Shown in pieces: positions 45,061 to 54,126 of a stretch of DNA of 64,000 nucleotides. This DNA is from an uncultured Acidobacteriota bacterium. GTDB lineage: Bacteria > Acidobacteriota > Vicinamibacteria > Vicinamibacterales > CAVVIG01. Positions within the stretch are counted from its first letter, which is position 1. Every line of letters starts with the position of its first letter. A program made the translations under genes and the position numbers. Location: the NCBI GenBank assembly GCA_963749565.1, contig CAVVNL010000004.1, forward strand, positions 142,628 through 206,627, in the 5' to 3' direction. The notes below the pieces were generated by a model. That model saw only the letters and a program-made list of their open reading frames with translations. It did no database searches and was not told the DNA's origin.

Positions 45061-47263
45061 CTACCAACGATACAGAATGCCGAACACCGCCGAGTGGGCG
45101 GTGTAGGGCCGATACACGTAGCCCATGACCAGCGAGCTCGGCTGCACGATGCCGTTGACCACGCTCGGGTCGAACGCGAAGTCGTAGATGCTCAGCGGCT
45201 CGTACAGGTACGAGAACGACGCGGCGAGGCGGTCGGAGAGCCGGTACCGCCCGTCGATGTGCAGCTGCTGCAGCTTGTTGAACACGTCGGGCAGCTGATT
45301 GGGCGGCGGGATCGGGCTGCCCGCCGGGATCGGCGTAGAGGTAGCTCCCCTCGGCGTAGCTGAAGTCGTAGGCGACGCGGATCTCAGTGTTGGCGCCGAT
45401 GCGTGGCGGGCTGGCGTAGATCGAGAAGTAATTCACCGTCTCGGTCGAATCGGCGGTCCAGTCGCGCAGCGGATCGTTGAACTGGGCCGTGGACGAATCC
45501 CCCTCGTGCGAGCGCTGCAGCCCGGCGTAGCGCTCGTAGTTGTAGCTCCCGCCCGCGCCAAAGCCGTTCGGCCGCTGGAAATCCGCCGCGAGCGAGAACG
45601 TACGGCCGGTGGAATCCTGCAGGCCGTAGAAGCTGTTGCTGAAGTCGTCCTTGAGGACGCCGGTGGCCACGCTGAACGTCCAGGCGTCGGACGGCACGAT
45701 ATCGGCCTGGGCCGTGAAGCGGTTCCTCGTCCGATCGGCGACGTCGTAGTGGCGCATCTTGGGTTGCTCGCCAATCGCCGTCAGCCGCGTTTCGTCGAGA
45801 TCTGAACCGGTGCGATCGCCGACCTCGTATTGCGTCCGGAAGGTGAGCCACGAGGTTCCGACGGCATCGGCCGACACGCGGAACACGTTCTCGCCGCTCG
45901 ACTCGAAGATCCGCGCATCGTAGCCGTTCCCGTTGTGCGAGTAGCCGACCGTGAGCGCGAACGGCATCAGTTTCGTCCACGTGGCGTCGCCGTCGAAGGT
46001 CGTCCGGCTGTGCGCGTAGAGGTCCGGACCGCCCGTTGGCGTCGTCGACGCCGAGGAGTCGTAGCTGACCATGTCCGTGATCGACGTCGCGGGCATGAGG
46101 TTGTCGTAGGTGTAGTTGCGCACGCGCGCGCTGAACCGCCAGTCGGTCGACGGGCGCGAGTTGAGGCTCAGGTTGGTCGAGAAGACGTGCGCTTCCCCCT
46201 CGGTGGTCGCGCGGGGCAGCGCGAACTGCGGCAGCGCCGCGTTGATCGTGAAGGGCTCCAGCGGCTCGTCGTTGCTCCACAGTCCATAGGAGAAGGAGCC
46301 CGTCACCTGCGTTCTGCGCGCCAGCTTGGTGTAGCCGCCGAAGCTGATCGTCTGGGCCGAGTTCGACGGCCAGAGGGACATGCGTCCGCGCCCCGGATTC
46401 TCGACCCCATCGTTGAGGTCGAGCGGGCTGTCCCAGACCAGCGTCGGCGCGAGGTTGTCGAACCACGATCCGCTGTAGGCGACACGCAGCATGTTGCGCG
46501 CGTTCGTCCACTCGGTGCCGATGGTGAAGTCGTTCGCGCGCGAATCGTAGGGGAGCGCCACCTCGACGTCGTTGCTGAAGCCGAAGCTGGCCCCCCAGGG
46601 CAGCTCGCCGCTGTGCTTCTGCGTGGTGAAGCTGGCCGTTGACGTCGAGGTTCGGCTTCGGCGTCGCGACCATGTCGAAACGGCCGATGTCGCGCCGCTC
46701 GCGCAGCTCGAACTGCGGCGCCAGCGGGACGTAGGCGTTGAGATTGGCCTGGCCGTTCTGGATCGCGCGCTGCGTCGCGTCGTCGAGCACCAGCGTGCCG
46801 CCGGTGCCCGTATACGGCGTCATCGTATCGACGCTGTAGAACTGCGGAATCTGCTGCCAGCTGCCGCTGAGCGACAGCTTGCCGATCCGGCCGTAAGTCC
46901 CCATGAACTCCTGGTCGCGGTAGCCGACGTTCTCGGCGCGCGCGTGGAAATCCCACGTACCGTCCGGCTTGGCGAACGAGTAGCGGAAGTTCGAGAACAG
47001 CAGCCCGTCGCGCTGGTCCTGGTAGCGCTGGTAGCGCGCCGGGTCGCCGTCCACGCTCGTGAAGCGGCCCCCGATGAGGAATTCGCGCGAGGTCGGCTCG
47101 AAGAGACTGCGCGACGCGACGCATCGGCCGCCGCGGGCGCGGCCGGCTGCGCCGGGGTCTGAGCCGATGGCTGCGCCGGCGGTTGGGCGGCTCCCTGTGC
47201 GAGTGCGGCACCGGGCGCGGCGAGGCCGAGCAGGGCGATCGTCGTGATGGCGAATCGGCGCAT
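45061..47263 (-). CDS. MtrB/PioB-family outer-membrane beta-barrel (decaheme-associated porin), three frame breaks
   Basis: Signal MRRFAITTIALLGLAAPGAALAQ and the family-typical DGDPARYQRYQDQRDGLLFSNFRYS. A long barrel with alternating aromatic strands ends in ...AVFGILYRW. The path is ORF 46820..47263, then 45384..47054, then 44858..46561, then 45061..45285 (breaks near 47105, 46590, 45300). Confidence 0.75.
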
Positions 47264-47276
47264 ACAGAGGCTCCGC

Positions 47277-48240
47277 TTACCGCATGTAGAACTGGCCCGA
47301 CGGGTGGTTCGAGCCGTGGACCTGCGAGTGGCAGTTCACGCACGATCTGCCGAACATCCGGTTGCTCTTGTTGGTGGTGATCTGGTCCTTGTCGTAGAGC
47401 GTCGCCGGGTGCCTGCTCGCGATGTGGCAGCGCTGGCAGAGCATCGGCATGCGGACGGCCAGCATGCGATCGTTCGACGACCCGTGCGGGTCGTGGCAGG
47501 TCGCGCAGTTCTCGCGCACCGGCGCGTGCTCGAAGAGCATCGGTCCGCGCATCTCGGTGTGACAGCTCGTGCAGAGCTCAGCGACGGAGCTGCCCGTCTT
47601 CAGGTTCTTGACGTTGGTGATCGAGCCGTGCGGGTTGTGGCACGAGCTGCAGGACATCTTGCCTTCGCGCACCGGCATGTGCGCGACGGCGCGTTCGGTC
47701 TTGGTCACCTGCAGCCGATGGCAGGTGGCGCACACCTGCGTTTCGGTCGTCTTCACCAGCTGCGCTCTGTGCCGACTTGCGGCGCTGTGGACGCTGTGGC
47801 ACGTCGCGCAGGACAGATTGCGCCGCGTCGTGCGCGCTGCCTTCCCACCCCGCGTGGGCGCCGCGGTTGTGACAGGTGAGACAGGTCTCGCTCACCTCCG
47901 CGGGCTTCATCTGCGCGAACTTCTTGATGTTCCCCTTGGCGTCGTCGTCAACGTGCGCCTGCCCGGGGCCGTGGCAGCTCTCGCACCCGTTGGCCGCCGC
48001 CGGCGACCGCGGATTCTTCGCCTGCGCGTGTTTCGAGCCCGTGAGGGTGGCCTCCTGATCGGTGTGGCAGAGGACGCAGGTATCGCTCCCGACATAGGCG
48101 ACCGGGGCGACCGGCGGAGTCGTCGCTTGTGCGGGAGCCGGCGGTGCTGGAGCGGCTCGAGTCGAGGAAGGAGGCGCAGAGATCAAACCGACAACGACCG
48201 TCGCCCAGAGCCACACGACCACCAAGACAAACCGTGTCAT
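47277..48240 (-). CDS. periplasmic decaheme c-type cytochrome, MtrA/DmsE/MtoA/PioA family (one frame break)
   Basis: Ten CXXCH motifs: CVLCH, CESCH, CLTCH (ORF 47578..48240); then CATCH, CATCH, CSSCH, CTSCH, CATCH, CQRCH, CVNCH in the frame of ORF 47277..47756 extended upstream (RNLSCATCH by hand translation). Family-typical end ...CHSQVHGSNHPSGQFYMR. The +1 break is near 47800. Confidence 0.85.
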
Positions 48241-48344
48241 GGCTACCTCAATCGATGACGCCCAACGCCGTCCAAGTCAGGCACGCACGATGCCTAGCAA
48301 ATGACGCGCCGCACGGCGGGCTCTCAATCAAGCGGCAGCCACTG

Positions 48345-48480
48345 CTCGCGCGCGTCACACTCGCGTCACTATAACGTGATCGAAATTGTGATCACTTAAA
48401 TGTGATCGCAAATGTGATCTCAAGGTCACGGTATGTGGTGAGCGATCACGGCGTGTGGCTAGCGTCACGGCGGGTGCGGT
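48345..48480. promoter_or_regulatory. array of short direct repeats (iteron-like) in the divergent intergenic region
   Basis: CGTCAC x2 (48351-48370). (C/T)GTGATC at 48375, 48387, 48401 and 48413 (spacing 12/14/12 nt), including the palindrome GTGATCAC. Then (G/A/C)TCACGG(N3-5)GTG(T/C)GG at 48424, 48444 and 48463 (spacing ~20 nt). The region is locally AT-richer than its flanks. Confidence 0.5.
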
Positions 48481-48598
48481 GCGCCAGCATGGTTCGCATC
48501 GCCGTGGCCCCACAGCGTACGCGCCTGCGTTCCGCGACCTAGCCAGACCCCGCGAGAAGGATCACCGTTTGCACCGGGCGCCTTCTTCCCGAAAAGGC

Positions 48599-48627
48599 TT
48601 GACACGTAGTGGACGCGAGCGCATAAC
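48599..48627 (+). promoter_or_regulatory. candidate sigma70-type promoter for the formate dehydrogenase operon
   Basis: TTGACA (48599-48604), a 17-nt spacer, then CATAAC (48622-48627). GGAGGA lies 5 nt before the ATG at 48702. Confidence 0.4.
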
Positions 48628-48701
48628 GTAGCGGCAGTCGGAGCCGGGTCTCACAACGGCGAGGAGAGAAACCGAAGACCGCAGTCGCACGGAGGAAACC
48701 C

Positions 48702-51700
48702 ATGGATGAATCCGCGGATGCTCCGACCCGGAACCCCTCCGAGAGCCCGTTGGATGGGAGTGGCACACCGACGTCGACAATCAGCCGCAGAGACCTGTTC
48801 AGGCTGACCTTCGGCGGTGGAGCAGGACTCGCGCTCGGCGGGCTCCTCGACGTTCCCGCGATGCGGGCCGCGACGAGGGACTTGAAGCTCTCGGACGTCA
48901 GCGAGTTCACCACCTCGTGCAACTTCTGCTCGTGCGGGTGCGGCATGATCGCCGCCGTCCGCGACGGCAAGCTCCTGACGATGGAGGGCGACTACGACCA
49001 CATCGTGAACCGCGGGGCGCTGTGCGTCAAAGGCATTTCCATGTTCGCGACGCACGCCTCCCCGAAGCGGCTCACGACGCCCCGCTACCGGGCGCCGGGC
49101 AGCGACCACTGGGAGGACATCTCCTGGGACGACGCGATCACGCGGGTCGCGCAGAAGATCCGGAAGACGCGCGACGAGACCTGGATCGCCACCGAGAAGG
49201 TGGATGCGCCTGAACTCGTCGTGGATCTCGCTGCGGGTGATCGGATCGAGAGCGCCCCACGGTTCGTCCCTCAGGAGGACGGCAACGCAGAGGTGCCGGT
49301 CAATCGCACCGACGCGATCGGCTTCATGGGCGGCGCGCAGAACACGAACGAGGAGTGCTACCTCTTCCAGAAGGCGGCCCGGCTGCTCGGCCTGGCTTAC
49401 GTCGAGCACCAGGCCCGGCTTTGACATAGCCCCACGGTCCCCGGTCTGGGGGCCACGTTCGGGCGGGGAGCGATGACCAACCACTGGGTCGACCTGCAGA
49501 ACTGCAAGACGATCCTGGTGGAAGGCAGCAACGTCGCCGAAAACCACCCCATGGCCTTCAAGTGGATCCGGAAGGCCCAGGAGAACGGGGCGAAGATCAT
49601 CCACGTCGATCCGCGATACACCCGGACCTCGGCGGGGGCGGACGTGTACGCGCGCATCCGGCCCGGCACCGACGCGGCGTTCCAGAACGCGATGATCAAC
49701 CACATCATCGTCAACAAGCTGTACGACGAGGATTACGTCGTCACCCACACGAACGCCCTCTACCTGGGCGACGAGGCGTTCGACTTCAAGGATGGGGTCT
49801 TCAGCGGCTACGACGAGGAGCACCACACCTACGACACCAAGACCTGGGGATACCAGCTCGACGCGAAGGGCAAGCCGCGCGATCGCCAGGAGCCTCGATG
49901 ACCCGCACTGCGTGTTCTCGCGCCTGAAGACCTTCGTCTCGCGGTACACGCTGGAGATGGGCGAGCGGATCACCGGCATTCCGGCCGATCAGATCCGGCA
50001 GATCGCGGAGACGATGGCGAAGAACCGGCCGGGATCCATCCTCTACGCGCTCGGGATGACCCAGCACACGACCGGTGTGCAGGGGATCCGGTCGTTCACG
50101 ATCCTGCAGCTCCTGCTCGGCAACATCGGCAAGCCCGGAGGCGGCGTCAACGCGCTGCGCGGCGAGCCGAACGTGCAGGGCGCGTGCGACATGGCGGTGC
50201 TCTACAACTACATGCCGGGCTACCTCAACTCGCCGACCAATGCCGAGCCGACGATCTACCACTACGTGCGCAAGAACGGGATCGCCGACAGCCGGTACCT
50301 CGTCAACACGCTCAAGGCGTTCTTCGGAGAGGCGGCCACCGCCGAGAACGACTATGCCTATGCCTGGCTGCCCAAGCGCGACGCGGCCAAGGACTACGGC
50401 ACCCTGCCGATGTTCGAGGATGCCCTCGCCGGGAAGCTGAAGCTCCTCTGGATCGTCGGCCAGAATCCCGCGGTCACCCTGCCCAACCTCAAGCTGACGT
50501 TCGACGCGATGGCGAAGCTCGAGACGCTCGTGGTCCAGGAGATCTGGGAGACCGAGACCGCGGCGTTCTGGCGCCGGCCCGGCGTCGACCCGAAGTCCAT
50601 CGCCACCGAAGTGATCCTGCTGCCCGCGGCGTTCTTCATGGAGAAGAACGGCACCATCAGCAACTCGGGCGGCATGGTGCAATGGCGCCACGCCGCCGTG
50701 AAGCCGCCGGGGCAGGCCAAGCCCGACGGCGAGATCGTGGACCTCGTCTTCCGCGCGGTGCGCGATCTGGTCAAGGACTCGAAGGAGCCGAGGGACGAGA
50801 TCATCCGCAAGGCCTTCTGGACCTACACCACGGCCGAGGACGTCCTGCGCGAGATCAACGGCTACGCCCTGCGCGACAACCCGGAGACCGGCCTCAAGGC
50901 GGGCGATCTCATCCGCAAGGTCGGCGATCTTCGGGCCGACGGTTCCACGTCGTCCGGCGCCTGGATCTACGCGGGCGTCTTCGCCAACGGCGAGAACCTC
51001 TCGAAGCGCCGCGACTCGACAACGGATCCGGGAGGCCTCGGCCTCTATCCGGGCTTCGGGTGGACCTGGCCCAACAACATGCGCATCCTCTACAACCGCG
51101 CGTCGTGCGACCGGAACGGCAAGCCCTATCCGGGCTCGAAACCCATCGTCTGGTGGGACGAGCAGGCGAAGCGCTGGACGGGATACGACGTGCCGGACGT
51201 CCCCGTCCTGACCGACGGACCCGACACGCCGAACGGCCAGCGGGCCTTCCACCTGGGCGCGGAGGGCGTCGGGCGCCTCTTCGCGGCCGTCTACACGGAC
51301 CCCGACGCGAGGTTCACCGAATATTGGCGCGACGTGGCCTACGTGCCGAAGGACGGCCCGCTGCCGGAGATGTACGAGCCCGTCGAGAGCCCGGTGGAAA
51401 ACATCCTTCACCCGGGCGTGAAGAGCAACCCGATGCTCAAGTATCCGCGCGTCGCGTCGCATCAGCCCATCGGCACCGCCGACAAGTTCCCCTACGTGCT
51501 GATGACGTCGACGGTCGCCGAACACTGGTGCTGCGGCTCGACGACGCGGAACATCCCCTGGCTCAACGAGCTCGTCCCCGAACCGATGGTGGAGCTGCCG
51601 GTCGCCCTCGCCCAGAAGCTCGAGATCACATCGGGGGACTGGGTCCGGGTCTCGTCGGCGCGCGGTGAGCTCGAGGTCAAGGCCCTCGTCACGCCCCGCA

Positions 51701-51921
51701 TGAAGGCGCTGAAAATCGGCGACCAGGAGGTCACCGTCGTCTGGATGCCGTACAACTGGGGCTTCCAGGGGCTGTCGACGGGTCCGAGCGTCAACCACAT
51801 CACGATCGACGCCACGGATCCTGGAGCGGGAACCCAGGAGACCAAGGCGTGCCTCGTCAACGTCGTCAAGACCGGCCGCCCGGCGGCGCGAAGATCCGGA
51901 TCACCGAGGGGACGCACATGA
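48702..51921 (+). CDS. fdhA: formate dehydrogenase catalytic (molybdopterin) subunit, Tat-exported, selenocysteine at UGA 49422-49424; one frame break
   Basis: Tat motif SRRDLFRL and Fe-S motif CNFCSCGCG. The active-site block EHQARL-U-HSPTVPGLGATFGRGAMTNHW has the TGA in frame between ORFs 48702..49424 and 49473..49901. A +1 break near 49886 leads into ORF 49792..51921 (GMTQHTTG, ALRGEPNVQG, ...ETKACLVNVVK). Confidence 0.9.
49422..49470 (+). promoter_or_regulatory. UGA(Sec) codon plus bacterial SECIS hairpin
   Basis: UGA CAU AGC CCC ACG GUC CCC GGU CUG GGG GCC. The stem GGUCCCC/GGGGGCC has the apical loop GGUCU, and GGUCUG starts 18 nt after the UGA. As I recall it, this is the same register as the E. 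coli fdhF SECIS. Confidence 0.75.
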
Positions 51922-54122
51922 CGCTAGCCGCGGACGCGGGCCCGATCAAGACAACGCTGATCGACATCGCCAACTGCATCGGCTGCCGGGCGTGCCAGGT
52001 AGCCTGCAAGCAGTGGAACGAGCGCGAGGGCGAGCAGACCGAGCTCGAGGCCGACATGGGCTTCCAGAACCCGGCGACGCTCAGCGCGAAGACGTACACG
52101 CTCATCGCGTTCCACGAGATGGAGAACCCGGCGAAGCCGGGAGGGCTGGATTCCGCCTACGTGATGCAGCGGTGCCTCCACTGCCTGGAGCCGGCCTGCG
52201 TCTCCGCCTGCCCGACGACGGCGCTCCAGCGGCAGGCCGACGGCCCGGTGTCGTATGAGGTCGACGAGTGCATCGGCTGCCGCTACTGCATGCTGGCGTG
52301 TCCCTGGGACGTGCCGACCGCGGACTGGAACACGCGCGCCCCGAAGATCTCGAAGTGCACGCACTGCGCCGACCGCGCCCCTCAGCCGGCGCCGATCGCG
52401 TTCAACGGGCAGCCGCTGTCCGACGATGCGGCCAGGCAGTTCGCCAACACCATGGCGATTCCAGCCTGCGTCAAGGCGTGCCCCGCCGACGCCCTGCGCT
52501 ACGGAACCCGGGACGAGATGCTGGCGCTCGCGCACAAGCGCATCGCCGACCGGCCCGACAAGTACGTCGACCACGTCTACGGAGAGAAGGAGCTGGGCGG
52601 GACGACCGTGCTGTACCTGTCGAGAGTGCCGTTCGAGAAACTCGGCTTCCCGACGTACGGGGAGAAGCCGTTTCCGGCCTTCACCACGGCGGCGCTCGGC
52701 GCCGTGCCCCCCGCCGTGATGGCCGTGGGCGCCCTGCTCGGCGCCGCGTACGCCTTCTTCCGGAAGCGGGCTCAGGCGGTGGCAGACGCATCGGCTGCGT
52801 CGGCGCATTCCGGACACCACGGCCCCGTTAAACACGTCGAATTCGAGCCGCTCCGGCACGCGCTGCTGACCCCCTTCAACTGGGTCCTCCTCATGCTCAT
52901 GGCGTTCGGCGGCGTCACGTTCGTCGCGCGCTTCGCCCTCGGACTCGGCGGCAGTACGAACCTCTCCGACACCTACCCGTGGGGCCTGTGGATCCTCTTC
53001 GACCTGGTGTGGATCGCGGTGGCCGCCGGCGCGTTCGCGATGGCCGGGGTGATCTATGTCTTCCAGCGAAAGGACCTCTACGGGCTGGGCCGCACCGCCG
53101 TCCTGATGGGCCTGCTGAGCTACTCCTTCGTGATGGTCACACTCATCGCCGACCTCGGCCTGCCCTGGAACTCCTACCAGCTCGCCCTGCAGGCTCCGGA
53201 GCACTCGGCCATGTTCGAGGTCTCGTGGTGCGTCGGCCTCTACGTCACGGTCCTCCTGCTCGAATTCCTGCCGGTGCCTTTCGGGCGTTGGGGATTCCAT
53301 CGGGCCGCGGCTGAATTACGGCGATGGAACGGCGCCTACGTGGCGGGGGCGGTGACGCTGTTCGTCTACCTGATGTCGCGCAGCCTCCTCTACGCGCTCG
53401 GGGCGGCCGTGATCTTCGGCGCCCTCGCCTGGATTTTCCGCGCGCGGGACGAGGGGGCCGAGCCGATCATGCTCGCGATCGCCGCCGTCACGCTGTCGAC
53501 CATGCACCAGAGCTCGCTCGGTTCCCTCTACCTGCTGATGCCGAACATGCTCGCCCCGCAGTGGTGGTCTCCCGTGATGCCCGTCTCCTTCTTCCTGTCG
53601 TCGATCGCGGCCGGCACCGCGCTCGTCATCCTCATCGACATGTGGATCGCGAAGGGATGGCGCCGCCCGCTCGAGATTACGCGGCTCGCCTCGGTCGGAC
53701 AGATCGCGTTCTGGGCGCTCCTTGTCTACCTCGTATTTCGCCTCGGAGACATGGCGATCCGCAACCAGCTCTCCGGAGCCTTCTCCGGCAGGCTCGGCAT
53801 GGCCTTCGCGGCCGAGATCCTCCTCGGCGGCGTGCTTCCGCTCGTCCTGCTGGCCCGCAGGTCGCTTCGCCAGCGTCCCGACGTGCTCTTCGTCGCGGCC
53901 CTCCTCGCGGTCGTCGGCGTGGCGTACAACCGCATGAACGTCGTAATCTTCGCGATGACTTTCCGGGGCCGCATGCCCTGGGGCGCACCGGAAACCTATT
54001 TCCCGTCGATCGTCGAGTGGGGCGTGTCGATCGGCCTGATCGCCGCGACGATCTTCCTCTTCGGCCTGGCGGCCCGTCTCATGCCGGTGCTCTCCCGGGC
54101 GCAGCCCAGCGAGGCACATTGA
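51918..54122 (+). CDS. fusion of a 4x[4Fe-4S] ferredoxin subunit (FdnH/HybA-like) with a HybB/NrfD-family integral membrane quinone-interacting subunit
   Basis: The ATG at 51918 overlaps the fdhA stop (ATGA). Cys clusters CIGCRACQVACKQWN, CLHCLEPACVSACP, CIGCRYCMLACPWDVP, CTHC...CVKACP. A TM helix follows, then ~8 more TM segments with HybB-like blocks (YPWGLWILFDLVWIAVAAGAFA, LSTMHQSSLGSLYLLM). Intact 735 aa from 51918. Confidence 0.8.
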   Translation: MTLAADAGPIKTTLIDIANCIGCRACQVACKQWNEREGEQTELEADMGFQNPATLSAKTYTLIAFHEMENPAKPGGLDSAYVMQRCLHCLEPACVSACPTTALQRQADGPVSYEVDECIGCRYCMLACPWDVPTADWNTRAPKISKCTHCADRAPQPAPIAFNGQPLSDDAARQFANTMAIPACVKACPADALRYGTRDEMLALAHKRIADRPDKYVDHVYGEKELGGTTVLYLSRVPFEKLGFPTYGEKPFPAFTTAALGAVPPAVMAVGALLGAAYAFFRKRAQAVADASAASAHSGHHGPVKHVEFEPLRHALLTPFNWVLLMLMAFGGVTFVARFALGLGGSTNLSDTYPWGLWILFDLVWIAVAAGAFAMAGVIYVFQRKDLYGLGRTAVLMGLLSYSFVMVTLIADLGLPWNSYQLALQAPEHSAMFEVSWCVGLYVTVLLLEFLPVPFGRWGFHRAAAELRRWNGAYVAGAVTLFVYLMSRSLLYALGAAVIFGALAWIFRARDEGAEPIMLAIAAVTLSTMHQSSLGSLYLLMPNMLAPQWWSPVMPVSFFLSSIAAGTALVILIDMWIAKGWRRPLEITRLASVGQIAFWALLVYLVFRLGDMAIRNQLSGAFSGRLGMAFAAEILLGGVLPLVLLARRSLRQRPDVLFVAALLAVVGVAYNRMNVVIFAMTFRGRMPWGAPETYFPSIVEWGVSIGLIAATIFLFGLAARLMPVLSRAQPSEAH

Positions 54123-54126
54123 GCCG

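Noticed and set aside
48375-48470. CRISPR array or replication origin as the interpretation of the GTGATC / TCACGG repeats
   Set aside because: The units are 7-8 bp with 12-20 bp periodicity, far too short and irregular for CRISPR repeats and spacers. There are no cas genes and no DnaA-box (TTATCCACA-like) matches.
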